Program-made: the position numbers and the translations under genes
In this document: piece by piece, positions 7,365-16,925 of the stretch
Position numbering within the stretch: the first letter of the stretch is position 1
Layout of the letters: the number at the start of each line of letters is the position of its first letter
Virus record (IMG/VR): IMGVR_UViG_2061766007_000036
Source: an uncultured virus (IMG/VR IMGVR_UViG_2061766007_000036)
Taxonomy: Duplodnaviria; Heunggongvirae; Uroviricota; Caudoviricetes
DNA length: 64,000 nucleotides
Strand: one strand, 5' to 3'
Notes under the pieces: generated by a model
The model's database searches: none
What the model was told of the DNA's origin: nothing
Seen by the model: only the letters and a program-made list of their open reading frames with translations

Positions 7365-8387
7365 ATGAAGAAAAAGTACCCGAAGGCCATAGAGCTGCCG
7401 TCCGGTTCCTGGCGTTGTCAGGTCACCGTGGACGGCGTGCGCCGCTCTGTGACCGCTGACAGCCCGCAGGAGGCCATATCACAGGCCCTCCTGTTGAGAG
7501 ATGGGCATACAAGAAAAAGCCCCCAGAACTTAACTCTGGGGGCCGTGGTAGATGACTATATTGATTTGAGGGAGCCGGTGCTTTCTCCGGCGACTGTGAA
7601 GGCGTACAGATCCTACCGCGAGAACCGCTTCTCCGCGTACATGGGCCGGAAGCTCTCGGATCTGGACAGAAGAACCCTCCAGCGCATGGTCTCGGATGAG
7701 GCGAAGCTCGTCTCCCCGAAGACTGTGCGGAACGCCTGGGGCCTCGTCTCCTCCGCGCTGAAGGAATACGGCAGGGACTTTGAGGGAGTGAACCTTCCCG
7801 CCGTGCCCGCCGCCTCGCGTCCCTGGCTGACCTCTGCGGAGGTTTTGCAGTTCTGTAGGGCAGTGCAAGGGGAACGGTGTGAAATCCCCGCCCTGCTCGC
7901 CCTGTGCTCCCTCCGGCGGTCAGAGATAGCTGCGCTCGACTGGAAGGACATAGACCTAACGAACGAGATCATCCACGTCCGGCGGTCGGTGGTCATTGGC
8001 ACGGACGGCCTCGTAGAGAAGAAGACTAACAAGACGAAATCCAGCACGCGTGACGTGCCCATCCTGATCCCGCAGCTCACCGATGCCCTCCGGAAGGTGG
8101 AGGACAAGACAGGCCGCGTCATGAAGGGCCACCCGAACTCCGTATACAATCAGGTGAACCGGATCTGCCGCAGGGAAGGCCTCCCGGAAGTCGGCGTGCA
8201 CGGTCTCCGGCACTCGTTCGCCTCCCTATGCTGGGAAAGGCAGGTGCCAGTCCTTGAGGCCGCTCGTCTCGGCGGCTGGGGAGACGTGAACGCGATGCAG
8301 AAAATCTACACCCACCTGTCCTCCGGGCAGATGACGGCGGCAGTGGAGCAGCTGCGCTCCTTCTTTTCTCATTTTGAAACGCCGTAA
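7365..8387 (+). CDS. int: Tyrosine integrase
   Basis: LRRSEI (R), KT (K), HGLRH (HxxR), GGW, IYTH (Y). Confidence 0.95.
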   Translation: MKKKYPKAIELPSGSWRCQVTVDGVRRSVTADSPQEAISQALLLRDGHTRKSPQNLTLGAVVDDYIDLREPVLSPATVKAYRSYRENRFSAYMGRKLSDLDRRTLQRMVSDEAKLVSPKTVRNAWGLVSSALKEYGRDFEGVNLPAVPAASRPWLTSAEVLQFCRAVQGERCEIPALLALCSLRRSEIAALDWKDIDLTNEIIHVRRSVVIGTDGLVEKKTNKTKSSTRDVPILIPQLTDALRKVEDKTGRVMKGHPNSVYNQVNRICRREGLPEVGVHGLRHSFASLCWERQVPVLEAARLGGWGDVNAMQKIYTHLSSGQMTAAVEQLRSFFSHFETP

Positions 8388-8504
8388 AAATGGGATTTTC
8401 GTGTGCGATTTCGTGTGCAGTGAACCGACAGGGTTGGCTGTGTAGGCGACAGATTTGTCGGTATTCCGTCAAAAGTGGCGGTCTGTAACCCGTTCCAAGC
8501 AAAG

Positions 8505-8541
8505 AAAAAAGCCCGCAAACCGTTATGGCCTGCGGGTTTTT
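8505..8541. terminator. Intrinsic terminator, probably bidirectional
   Basis: aaaaaa-gcccgca...tgcggg-ttttt. Confidence 0.65.
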
Positions 8542-8547
8542 CCTATA

Positions 8548-8574
8548 TGGTGCGAGAGATGGGACTTGAACCCA
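8548..8574 (-). tRNA. tRNA 3' fragment (probably Leu) forming the att core; not a full gene
   Basis: Minus strand tgggttcaagtcccatctctcgcacca = T-arm, acceptor strand, discriminator A and CCA. Confidence 0.8.
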
Positions 8575-8669
8575 ACTAAAATCCTTATTTTATGCGGGTT
8601 TCAAGCCTCGCGTGTGCAATTTCGTGTGCAGTGATCCCAACACATCCAAGGCGTTGGAAGCGTTGGATC

Positions 8670-9596
8670 TTATTTCACCGGGATCTTGATAAGCTCCCCG
8701 ACGTGGATCACGTCTGGGTTCTTGATCTGCGGATTCGCCGCCAGCAGCTCCTTCAGCGTGATGTGGTACGCCGTCGCGATCTTGCCCAGGGTGTCCCCTG
8801 CCTTGACCTTGTACATCACGATCACCTGCGGGACGTTGATCCAACCGGTGACCTGTCCGGAGATCCCCACGCGGCTCTTGCTGTTCGTGATGCGGATTCT
8901 TCCGTTCACCACGGAACCGCCCCAGAAGAAATACTTGCCGGAGATCGTGCTGGATCTCACGGCGGCGGAGGCGGAGACGTAGAGCGGCTCTTTGGACAGC
9001 TCCAGCTCCGCGCCGGCGGTGAGGATCACTTCGGCGGCAGGCTTCTCCGGCTCCGGAGCGGGTGCGCTCTTCTTCGTCAGGCCCAGGTACTTCACGAGCG
9101 CGTTGCAGTACAGCTGTGCGATCTTGTCCTTGTTGTTCAGAATTAACAACGCGTCTGCCTTGTTGTCATGGAATCCGCACTCGCCGATGATGGATGGCAT
9201 GGCGGGTTTGTAGCAGTCAATGAGCTTGCTGGATGTCTTCAGGCCTCTGCTCGTGAAGAGCGTCTTCAGCTGATCCAGGACATCCTGCGCGAGCTGTTTC
9301 GTCTTCGCGCCCTTGTTCGAGTCGTAGTAGACCTCCACACCGTGCGCCCCCTTGTTCGCCGTTCCGGCGGCGTTGGAATGCATCGCGATGTAAACATCAG
9401 CTCCCCACGCCTTCGCCTCGCCGGCTCGTACGCCGAGCGTCTGGGAAGGCTTGGAGAGCTTTGTTTCGCAGTTGTACTCGCCGAGCAGTTTCTGGAGCCG
9501 GACCGCAATATCGTACCAGACGGCCCCCTCGCTCGTGCTGCCGGTGATGAACTTGTTGCCGGTCTGGTTACTCGGACTCAGATATATCTTCTTCAT
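8670..9596 (-). CDS. Endolysin: Amidase_3 + cell-wall-binding domain + LysM
   Basis: IYLSPSNQ, AMHSNA, ECGFHDN; C-terminal YKVKAGDTLGKIA..NPQIKNPDVIHVG. Confidence 0.9.
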   Translation of the reverse strand: MKKIYLSPSNQTGNKFITGSTSEGAVWYDIAVRLQKLLGEYNCETKLSKPSQTLGVRAGEAKAWGADVYIAMHSNAAGTANKGAHGVEVYYDSNKGAKTKQLAQDVLDQLKTLFTSRGLKTSSKLIDCYKPAMPSIIGECGFHDNKADALLILNNKDKIAQLYCNALVKYLGLTKKSAPAPEPEKPAAEVILTAGAELELSKEPLYVSASAAVRSSTISGKYFFWGGSVVNGRIRITNSKSRVGISGQVTGWINVPQVIVMYKVKAGDTLGKIATAYHITLKELLAANPQIKNPDVIHVGELIKIPVK

Positions 9597-9798
9597 TGTT
9601 CTCCTCCTTCTTGCTGTAGGCTTTCCGCAGGCCGTTGACGATAGCCCCGATGCAGGCCGTCACAGCGGCGGCAGAGCCGACCACGGCCTCTATGTATGGC
9701 CAGCCCCAGATCGCTCCCAGGGCCGCGTAACAGGTCGCCAGCGACGGCAAAATCAATTCGCCGATCAGTCTGATGATGTCAAACGCTTTATTGCTCAT
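9568..9798 (-). CDS. Holin (Dp-1-like)
   Basis: Two TM segments, LPSLATCYAALGAIWGWPY; directly upstream of the lysin. Confidence 0.85.
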   Translation of the reverse strand: MSNKAFDIIRLIGELILPSLATCYAALGAIWGWPYIEAVVGSAAAVTACIGAIVNGLRKAYSKKEENNEEDISESE

Positions 9799-9805
9799 AC
9801 GCACC

Positions 9806-10699
9806 TCACGATTCAATGATGGCCAGCAGCGGAACATAGGCATAGTAGTTACTGCCCCTGCTCTTTGCGTACACTCTGATGGTCTGTCCGGCTGTCAACG
9901 AAACATTGGTAAGATGTATCGGCTGGACGTGGTTGCTCCATCCGCTTGTCTGTTCTGTTCCGCTTGCTGTGTTGTTGACGTACAGACGGGATGACCACGA
10001 ACCTGAAGTGGATGTTCTGTGGGTTGACCAGTAGACATCGTATGTTCCCGTCTTGGCAACTGTTATCGTACCACTACAAGCAGTCAGGGAAGTGGAAGTC
10101 ACACGGGTTGTGGATGTCACCGCCTGTGCGTTCTTGCTTGAACCGCTGACATTGACGGAGACGGTGCTGTAATTGGCGACATCTATGTTGTTGCCGTTCT
10201 GCGTGATAGCAAGGTTGCCTGTTGGGCGAATATAGTTTATATCGTCCTCTGTGTTAATCCCTGTTGATGTGAGATGATACCCTGTCTCCCTTATCGTTTG
10301 AGGGCTATACCCGTCCATATACTTGCGAACCCAGTATTCAAAATATGGATTTGTTCCCGTGTGGTATTCGCCGTCAACCGCACTGTCCCCAGATTGTTCG
10401 CTTGAAACTACTGCTATTGTCTTCCCGGCATTGTAGGCGGTCTGTATTTCGGAAAAAGTCTTATTCGGCTCCCACCTCTGCGTTGTGCTGTTCCACGAAA
10501 CAGTAACAACAAAGTTGGTTTCCGGCACGGCTACATCAGCCGAAGCGTACTGACTTACATCTATCCCCGTTCCGTTGGCTGTGATGGATACTGCCCCCTG
10601 TGGGCGAATGAAAGTCTTGATAAGGTCATTATCGTCTGTGGCTTTGAAGCCTGTTACTCCTGTCCATTCCTGACCGAAGATTTCTAATGTATCTGACAT
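9806..10699 (-). CDS. Tail fibre/appendage-type virion protein
   Basis: Thr/Ser-rich beta protein; N-terminus shared with 20539-22047. Confidence 0.6.
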   Translation of the reverse strand: MSDTLEIFGQEWTGVTGFKATDDNDLIKTFIRPQGAVSITANGTGIDVSQYASADVAVPETNFVVTVSWNSTTQRWEPNKTFSEIQTAYNAGKTIAVVSSEQSGDSAVDGEYHTGTNPYFEYWVRKYMDGYSPQTIRETGYHLTSTGINTEDDINYIRPTGNLAITQNGNNIDVANYSTVSVNVSGSSKNAQAVTSTTRVTSTSLTACSGTITVAKTGTYDVYWSTHRTSTSGSWSSRLYVNNTASGTEQTSGWSNHVQPIHLTNVSLTAGQTIRVYAKSRGSNYYAYVPLLAIIES

Positions 10700-10858
10700 T
10701 TACTCGCCCCCTTACAATTCATATATGCTATTTTCAATAGCAGAAAATGTTAGTGTACCNNNNNNNNNNTGTTCGCTGATTGTACTTCGGGTTGATACAT
10801 ACCGTTGAACAGCAGTAGCCGTGAATCGTCTTGTTGTTGCACACATACGGGCAAGTGC

Positions 10859-11260
10859 TCATTCTTCTTTCCTTTCTCCGTTGTATGGCTGTGGCAACGG
10901 CATCCATGCAATGACCTCTGCAAACTGTACGCAGTTCCAATGCGGCTCTGTTACATGGTCTGTCCAAAACCGATTTACATTACTCCACGATGCCACATCC
11001 ATATTGCCCGAATCGTACTGCACAAGATAGTCCTCATGATGCGGATAACTCATGTCAATCTTCGGCAACCGCTCCGTCACGGGAATCCACGCTGGCAGTG
11101 GCATATACTGGAACTGTTCGCACCGTCTCATCAGTTCCTCAATGGCATCGGCGGCTTGAATAATGATGCAATCTTTGTCTTTGCATAGCGGCTCTGCCCC
11201 GCAAGGGCATCCGTATGAAAAGTCGGTTTCCCGAAGAGTCTTTACCAGATCGTCATACAT
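10859..11260 (-). CDS. DUF551-like modular protein
   Basis: WIPVTERLP...VIAWMPLPQP. Confidence 0.75.
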   Translation of the reverse strand: MYDDLVKTLRETDFSYGCPCGAEPLCKDKDCIIIQAADAIEELMRRCEQFQYMPLPAWIPVTERLPKIDMSYPHHEDYLVQYDSGNMDVASWSNVNRFWTDHVTEPHWNCVQFAEVIAWMPLPQPYNGERKEE

Positions 11261-11477
11261 CGTTTGCCCTCCTGTTCCACGCTTCTTTTGTCTTCGCTTT
11301 TCTGTAGGCATAATCCTCGTCACAGTTCATATACGGGCTATCGTCCTCAATGGAAAATATAGCCTTGCAACTGTTGCAGAAGATTTCCGGGTTTTTAGTT
11401 CCGAATAAATACTCTTGCGAATATGTCTCGTAAATGTCATCGCTCCCGCAAAACGGGCAAGGTTTAAGTTCCATCAT
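11253..11477 (-). CDS. Lar-like (restriction alleviation family) zinc protein
   Basis: LKPCPFCG..CNSC..AWNRR. Confidence 0.7.
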   Translation of the reverse strand: MMELKPCPFCGSDDIYETYSQEYLFGTKNPEIFCNSCKAIFSIEDDSPYMNCDEDYAYRKAKTKEAWNRRANDV

Positions 11478-11709
11478 TGTCGCCCGCCTCTCTCATCTTC
11501 GCTCCACAGTTAGGGCAGTAGTTGTACTCTTGCCGAATGTCTATGAGATAACCACAGTTTGAACAGTCTCCATAAGGGTCGGGGTTTATCAAGTGCGCGT
11601 GCACCACCGGCACAGCATCTATGGTGGGAGCGGTAACGGTTGCGTGACACTTTTCACCGTCAAGTTCAATTTCGATTTTGCACGGTGCTTCAATATCAAT
11701 CAGTCTCAT
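11464..11709 (-). CDS. Modular protein with zinc ribbon
   Basis: MRLIDIEAP..PTIDAVPVVH..CSNCG..YCPNCGAKM. Confidence 0.7.
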   Translation of the reverse strand: MRLIDIEAPCKIEIELDGEKCHATVTAPTIDAVPVVHAHLINPDPYGDCSNCGYLIDIRQEYNYCPNCGAKMREAGDNDGT

Positions 11710-12157
11710 CATCTTTCCTTTCTCCGTCAGCACAAAACCAGCCAGGCTCTGTAGAGCATTCAAGCACATGACAATAGCAGTAAAACCAGTCAGTTTGGGG
11801 GTCAAGGTCTCCCCACCATTTGCAATTCTTGCACCGAACTACTCTGACATATTCAGCATTTTCCTTTGGATAAAAAATAGTGTCAGGCATCGTCTTTCCT
11901 CTCTCCCCACGCACGTAGAACTCATCCGCTGGAACTCCGTGCCACCACTGACAATGCTCCTCGTTTTTGACCTTGCAACCCCGGCAGCGTACAACAGGAG
12001 CGGCATCTATGGTTGGAGCAGCATCCAAAGCGTTCTCAAACATCTTGTACCGAATCCAACAGCCACTTTCCCATCTTTGCATATCGGTATCCGTTTCAAA
12101 CGCTTCGTGGTACATGGCTTTTCGCAGTGCATCACCATCAATCAGTCTCACAACCAA
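11696..12157 (-). CDS. Modular protein with two VVRC modules
   Basis: RLIDGDAL..PTIDA.PVVRC..VVRCKNC..FCADGER. Confidence 0.7.
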   Translation of the reverse strand: MVVRLIDGDALRKAMYHEAFETDTDMQRWESGCWIRYKMFENALDAAPTIDAAPVVRCRGCKVKNEEHCQWWHGVPADEFYVRGERGKTMPDTIFYPKENAEYVRVVRCKNCKWWGDLDPQTDWFYCYCHVLECSTEPGWFCADGERKDDETD

Positions 12158-12302
12158 TCACTCTCCCCGTAGACGGCATCATAAAGCCTCATGCAGATTT
12201 CCCACACATCTTCTGGAATTTCGTCACGTTCGTGCATCTTAATAAACGCAATCAAGGTCTCGCAATCTTCATCATATAACCTAATCATCATCTTTCCCTC
12301 TC

Positions 12303-12869
12303 TCATCTTTTACTCCTTTCAAATTCCAACAGTTTGTCCGTTGCTTCGTCTAGCTCTGATCCAACCGCATCTATCCAACTGACGGCGAACACATAAGACT
12401 CGCAGAAGCCGTCCTGCGGCGATTGTGGAGCGTTTTCACGCTTCATCTTATCTAACCATATCCACAGGTCAAGAGCCGTGTGGTAAGCCGTCAGAAGTTT
12501 ATCGTGCTGTGCTTCTCTCTCCGCTTGTAGTTTCTTCCGTTCGGCTGCTTTGCGTTTTGCTTCGTTCCACTGCTCGTCAGACAACCTGTCACCGATTGGC
12601 AAACCCATGCGAAAGTCTTCGTTCAGTTTCTTCTCCGCATCATAGAAGGAAAGACCGAAGTATTTCATAACGAAGTCTATGACGGATGTCCCCGCTCCGC
12701 AACCGAAGCAATGCCACCCTTTGTTGCCATCGTAGACTTTCAGGCTTCCAGTATTATCGCCCTGATGGAACGGGCAATGGCAAAAGCCCGCCCGATCCAC
12801 ATCAAAGCCGTAAAACTCCAATACCTCACGGGATGACAGGCGAGAGCGTATTTCATAGGAATAATTCAT
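12303..12869 (-). CDS. CHC2 zinc-finger (primase-associated) protein
   Basis: CPFHQGDNTGSLKVY..WHCFGCG. Confidence 0.85.
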   Translation of the reverse strand: MNYSYEIRSRLSSREVLEFYGFDVDRAGFCHCPFHQGDNTGSLKVYDGNKGWHCFGCGAGTSVIDFVMKYFGLSFYDAEKKLNEDFRMGLPIGDRLSDEQWNEAKRKAAERKKLQAEREAQHDKLLTAYHTALDLWIWLDKMKRENAPQSPQDGFCESYVFAVSWIDAVGSELDEATDKLLEFERSKR

Positions 12870-13306
12870 TACCCTTCCCCCAACAACTCAACAATCCGTC
12901 TTCCTGTACTCCGCTTATCGCAGAACAGAAATTCCACTCCGTAGGATATGTGGCACTTATAGATTTCTTCCATCAGCGATCTGCCTGATACTGTACTGTA
13001 CTTGGATTTCCAGTTTGCAACATCCTGAATGCCGTGGATCTGTCCACCGTGTTCGCACAGGACTATCAGTTTAATGCCACATTCCTTTGCCCGCCGGACT
13101 TCCCGCCAAAATCTTGCGTGGTCATCTCTGTTTGTGAGGTTGGTACACAGTTCTGACAGATTGCGTTTTCTGTCTACAGACACGATGCCACCTTCAACCA
13201 TATAGTCTCCCACATCCAGTTTTTCCACTTTGTATGGAATGCCGTTTCGGTCAAAGTAAGCCTTGATGTGATCGTTCTTCTTTTCTCGGCTGTCAAAGAT
13301 GTACAT
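12869..13306 (-). CDS. ERCC4-domain nuclease (probable junction resolvase)
   Basis: DSREK..KLDVGDY..VDRKRNLSEL. Confidence 0.85.
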   Translation of the reverse strand: MYIFDSREKKNDHIKAYFDRNGIPYKVEKLDVGDYMVEGGIVSVDRKRNLSELCTNLTNRDDHARFWREVRRAKECGIKLIVLCEHGGQIHGIQDVANWKSKYSTVSGRSLMEEIYKCHISYGVEFLFCDKRSTGRRIVELLGEG

Positions 13307-13308
13307 AG

Positions 13309-13701
13309 TCAGAAAGGAAGATCGCCATCTTCGGCATCAACCGGGGCAAAGTCGCCATGAACAGGAGCGGTATCGGACTCCTTCTTGCCAGTCAAAAATG
13401 AAACAGTGTCCGCAACCACTTCAACCACTCTGCGCTTCTGTCCGTCCTCGGTTTCCCATGTTCTTGTCTGAAGATGCCCGGACACTCCGACCATATCTCC
13501 CTTGTGGAAATACCTCTTCAGAAAATCGGCATTGTGTCTCCAAGCTGTGCAGTCAAAGAAGTCTGCTTTCTTCTCCTCTCCGGTTCTGTACGGTCTGTCC
13601 ACCGCTATGGAAAAACCGCATACGGAAACACCGCTCTGCGTTTTGTTGACTTCCGGTTCTCTGACGAGTCTGCCAGTCAATGCTATGATATTGAGTGCCA
13701 T
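13309..13701 (-). CDS. ssb: Single-stranded DNA-binding protein
   Basis: LTGRLVREPE; C-terminus DGDLPF. Confidence 0.95.
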   Translation of the reverse strand: MALNIIALTGRLVREPEVNKTQSGVSVCGFSIAVDRPYRTGEEKKADFFDCTAWRHNADFLKRYFHKGDMVGVSGHLQTRTWETEDGQKRRVVEVVADTVSFLTGKKESDTAPVHGDFAPVDAEDGDLPF

Positions 13702-13704
13702 ATC

Positions 13705-14568
13705 TTATTCTCCTTTCAGTGCTTCTGTCAGATCCTTGGCTTCCGGCTCGGCAGCGAACCATTCTGCTACCTTGCTCTCGCCCTCTTTGATGGCGTTGAA
13801 GATTCCAATATACTCGGTGAAGTCATCAGCGGTCATGGTTTCCACTTTACGCTTCAACCGCCGTTCAATCATCTCCTGGGAAACACCGAATTTCTGAAAC
13901 TGGATGACCATCTTCTTCACTCGGTCAATCAGTGGTTCTTCGTTGTCCCCGGCAAGTGTCTTCTTGCATTCGGCAATGCAATCCTCTACGAACCACGCCG
14001 GAAGGATGGCGAGGATTCTAGCTCTCATGCGGCGAGTAGCCATATTTGCGTTCGCTTCGTAGATGTCACGCTGACTGGTCAAACTCTGCATCTTTCCCTT
14101 GACCTCACGCTGATGGGGATTCGTGAAATTCTGTACCGACTGGGCATTCGTTTCCAAGTCCCAAGCGTAAGCCTGAAGTTCGGACTTGCCACCGTCCTGC
14201 GACAGTTCCTTGATGCCGTAGTCAATGTTGCCCCAACAACGGGCAAGTTCCTCGGCGAATCGGATCGTAGGCCCTTCAACGGTCTGCCCACCACGGGGAT
14301 AGGCATAAAACGCTTTCTTCGCCATCGTCTTTCTCCGACAGGCTTCAATGGCCTTGGAGTAGGCAGCAATCTCATCCCTGGGAAACTTCTTCGCTATCAG
14401 CAGTTTGCCCTGCGCTTCCGCAACGGCTCGGCTTGCTTCGATTGCGACAGTACCCTGGTTGATGGTGTCTGTCGGAAGATTGATGGGAGCGGGAACATTC
14501 GGCCCCGGAATCACATCCCGTTCCACGATTTCGGTATCCTCTACCGGGATCATTTCTTTTTTATACAT
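13705..14568 (-). CDS. Putative recombination/annealing protein
   Basis: Lies between the exonuclease and SSB; AKKFPRDE..YPRGGQTVEGPTIRFAEELAR. Confidence 0.55.
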   Translation of the reverse strand: MYKKEMIPVEDTEIVERDVIPGPNVPAPINLPTDTINQGTVAIEASRAVAEAQGKLLIAKKFPRDEIAAYSKAIEACRRKTMAKKAFYAYPRGGQTVEGPTIRFAEELARCWGNIDYGIKELSQDGGKSELQAYAWDLETNAQSVQNFTNPHQREVKGKMQSLTSQRDIYEANANMATRRMRARILAILPAWFVEDCIAECKKTLAGDNEEPLIDRVKKMVIQFQKFGVSQEMIERRLKRKVETMTADDFTEYIGIFNAIKEGESKVAEWFAAEPEAKDLTEALKGE

Positions 14569-14860
14569 CACATTTCTCCTCAAGTAGTTTGATGGCGATT
14601 TCGCACATCTCTTTGTTGAATGCCCATTCCTCGGTCATCTCGCAGCCGTTAATCTCCGACGCACGGGCATAGCGGTCGGATTCCTCACGGAAATACTGGA
14701 TGGCATCTTCAATCGGATCTTTGTTCTCCAGTTTCTCTTTGATTGCAGAAAACGCAATCTGGAGATACGGGACAATCTCCTCATTGCCAAACTGACTGCT
14801 GTTGAAGCGTATTTCGTAAGCAAAGTACCTCTTCGCTTTTTCCAGTTTCCCTCTGTCCAT
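14561..14860 (-). CDS. Hypothetical protein
   Basis: ORF within the operon. Confidence 0.6.
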   Translation of the reverse strand: MDRGKLEKAKRYFAYEIRFNSSQFGNEEIVPYLQIAFSAIKEKLENKDPIEDAIQYFREESDRYARASEINGCEMTEEWAFNKEMCEIAIKLLEEKCDV

Positions 14861-15657
14861 TACTCAATCTCCTTCGCCAACCAAGCCGGAAGGGCAAGGT
14901 TGTTTATCACATTGTACGGGCCAAGGTAGCCCCACCAATTGCCACTCTGCTTACAATCGTGGTATGTACCGATCAACTGACGGAAGATGTCATACCCTCT
15001 CTTAACAAACACATCGTCCGCTTGCAGGATATTGACGGAGTACGGAGCGGTCTTCTCCTGTGCTATGAAGACAAAGGTTGGAACGATTCCAAAGTTTGCC
15101 TTGTATGCTTCAGAGTACATCGCAGCCTGAAAGTCATATCCGTACTTGATAGCGGATCTCATAAACCCGTCCGTGCTTGCATCGTTGGTGGTTTTGTAGT
15201 CTACGATAACGGGCTTGTCTGCAACCATCGTCACACAGTCAAGTCTTGCCTTGCACGGCTCTCCTGTCAATTCGTCCGTCCAAAAGAGAGGAGTTTCTTT
15301 TTCCCCGGCAAGCAGTTTCTCCACGAATGAAATACCCATTGCAACGGACACCATGTCCTGTATGGTTTCGTAATCCTCTGCACTGATGATTTCCCGACCA
15401 ACAACCTTGTCAAGCCATTCAGCGTATTGAGATTTTCCTTCTTTTGTCCGTCTGTCAATAATGGGGGCTACGGCAAACTCTTCTCCCCAGGTTTCGGAAT
15501 CAAGCATCAGTTTGTGTGCAGCCGCACCGAAGATGAAAGTCGGAGTCATAGGAGCGGGATTCTCCTGATACCATTTGAATTTCTCCGGCGACTCCATCAT
15601 CTTCCACAGTTCGGATCGTGAGATGCCGTCTTTCTGTCGGTATTCACTTTCCGTCAT
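14860..15657 (-). CDS. PD-(D/E)XK exonuclease (RecE/ExoVIII-like)
   Basis: ISRSEL..SP..FGAAAH; CKARLD; IVDYKTT; YGYDFQAAMY. Confidence 0.85.
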   Translation of the reverse strand: MTESEYRQKDGISRSELWKMMESPEKFKWYQENPAPMTPTFIFGAAAHKLMLDSETWGEEFAVAPIIDRRTKEGKSQYAEWLDKVVGREIISAEDYETIQDMVSVAMGISFVEKLLAGEKETPLFWTDELTGEPCKARLDCVTMVADKPVIVDYKTTNDASTDGFMRSAIKYGYDFQAAMYSEAYKANFGIVPTFVFIAQEKTAPYSVNILQADDVFVKRGYDIFRQLIGTYHDCKQSGNWWGYLGPYNVINNLALPAWLAKEIE

Positions 15658-15826
15658 TCGGCTTCACCTTGTCCATTCCAATCAGAAGACTGAACCTCGC
15701 ATAAGAGGACATCGTCATCCCATAGCTTTCGGCTTTCTCCCTAACGAACGCTTTTTCGGCATCGTCAAGCATCACCATCAGGGTGTTGTTGCGCCGTCTG
15801 TTGTTTCCCTTTTTCTTCTTACCCAT
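15644..15826 (-). CDS. Ribbon-helix-helix DNA-binding protein
   Basis: LMVMLDDAEK..KAESYGMTMSSYAR. Confidence 0.65.
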   Translation of the reverse strand: MGKKKKGNNRRRNNTLMVMLDDAEKAFVREKAESYGMTMSSYARFSLLIGMDKVKPNDGK

Positions 15827-16181
15827 TGTCAACCCCCAGTTTCTTGTCTCTCCAATCCCACAGGGATTCGTGGAGTTCATCAAAAATGTGTTCTATGGAC
15901 GATTCGTAAATTTCGTCCAGGTTCGCTTCGGCAATCATCTCTATTGGGCCACTCTGATGCCACGCACTTCCCGTGGTGGTATACACCATCACTTTGTCAG
16001 GCATCCAGTCAAACCATAGGTTCGCTTTCGTGTCATCCTGTACATCCATTACATCGGTAAAAAACTCCGCTACATATACCTTAAGAAGTGCCACACGATG
16101 TGGCTCGTCCATCGGCATTTCGTATTCCGGCTCTTCCGTCTCTCGGATGTCCTGGTAACTCTTCAGTCCGCAGTCTTCCAT
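15819..16181 (-). CDS. Acidic hypothetical protein
   Basis: ORF within the operon. Confidence 0.6.
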   Translation of the reverse strand: MEDCGLKSYQDIRETEEPEYEMPMDEPHRVALLKVYVAEFFTDVMDVQDDTKANLWFDWMPDKVMVYTTTGSAWHQSGPIEMIAEANLDEIYESSIEHIFDELHESLWDWRDKKLGVDNG

Positions 16182-16384
16182 CAGTTCACCTCTGTGTAGG
16201 TTCGGAACTCACTACGCCGATCCCAATTCTGAACGGCTTTGCATTTTGTTTCCGACACGAAGTTGACAGGCCCAGATGCCCCACACGCCATGCACCGCAC
16301 TTTGTACACCGTCTTTTCCATCATCTCTTCCTCTGCGAACTCAATCCTCGGAGATCCGCAGAACGGACATTCTCTCGCTCTCAT
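16181..16384 (-). CDS. Lar-like zinc protein
   Basis: CPFCG..CMACGASGP..WDRR. Confidence 0.7.
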   Translation of the reverse strand: MRARECPFCGSPRIEFAEEEMMEKTVYKVRCMACGASGPVNFVSETKCKAVQNWDRRSEFRTYTEVN

Positions 16385-16557
16385 TTTAATACCCCTTTCT
16401 TGTTCCCATCAGATCGTTTTCATCGCCATCGTAGTAGTCCCGCCACGGATCGTCTTCGTAAGCCCAGGACATCTCTTCCTCGTCCAGTTCGTCCGAAGAG
16501 AAGTCAAGATCCGGCGGTTCTCTCCTGTCTTCCGGGCAGAAACCGAAATCCCACAGC

Positions 16558-16737
16558 TTATGTCCTATCATTTGTCCTACTCCTTTCTATCAGAATTACT
16601 ATGCTGATGACCATTGCGGAGATGCCCCACGCAAGGAGCGCACCGCCAATGGAGATAAGCCCTTTCTCAAGCCCCCCGGCAACGCCAAGGATAAACAGCC
16701 CCGCCAACAGGCAGATAATATCTCTGATCGCTTTCAT
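16558..16737 (-). CDS. Small membrane protein, first gene of the early operon
   Basis: Hand translation MKAIRDYICLLAGLFILGVAGGLEKGLISIGG... Confidence 0.7.
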   Translation of the reverse strand: MKAIRDIICLLAGLFILGVAGGLEKGLISIGGALLAWGISAMVISIVILIERSRTNDRT

Positions 16738-16770
16738 TGTTCCTTCTCCCTTCCTGTCTTGGATGTCTTT

Positions 16771-16798
16771 ATTATAACAGTTTGAATCCGTTTGTCAA
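16771..16798 (-). promoter_or_regulatory. SigA promoter for the phage B early operon
   Basis: TTGACA-N16-TATAAT. Confidence 0.75.
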
Positions 16799-16832
16799 TA
16801 ACTTTTTTATAATTTTTTTATACAAATTTGAG

Positions 16833-16868
16833 CAAAAAGAAAGAGCCGGGGTTACCGACTCTCTCTTT
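16833..16868 (-). terminator. Terminator of the post-lysis cassette
   Basis: Imperfect hairpin followed by a T-run on the minus strand. Confidence 0.5.
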
Positions 16869-16925
16869 GGATGAGACATCACCGAATGTATCGCTGATTC
16901 TATGATGTTGGTTTCCGATATTCGG

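Larger units (their letters stand above)
8400..8634. other. attP site
   Basis: 24-bp direct repeats cgtgtgc[g/a]atttcgtgtgcagtga at 8400-8423 and 8611-8634 flank a tRNA 3'-end core between integrase and lysin. Confidence 0.8.
1..10759. mobile_element. Phage A fragment: temperate phage in excised/attP configuration (early region, integrase, attP, lysis)
   Basis: Rep initiator, SSB, Sak3, Gp157, cro/cI, integrase, tRNA-core attP, amidase and holin. The piece before the gap at 900-1217 may belong to another genome. Confidence 0.85.

Noticed and set aside
8548..8574. Complete tRNA gene
   Set aside because: Only the T-arm and 3' acceptor strand are present; treated as the att core.
13474..14592. 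Long plus-strand ORFs opposite phage genes (also 32083-32988, 35380-36234, 53258-54028)
   Set aside because: Antisense shadows of well-supported minus-strand genes.
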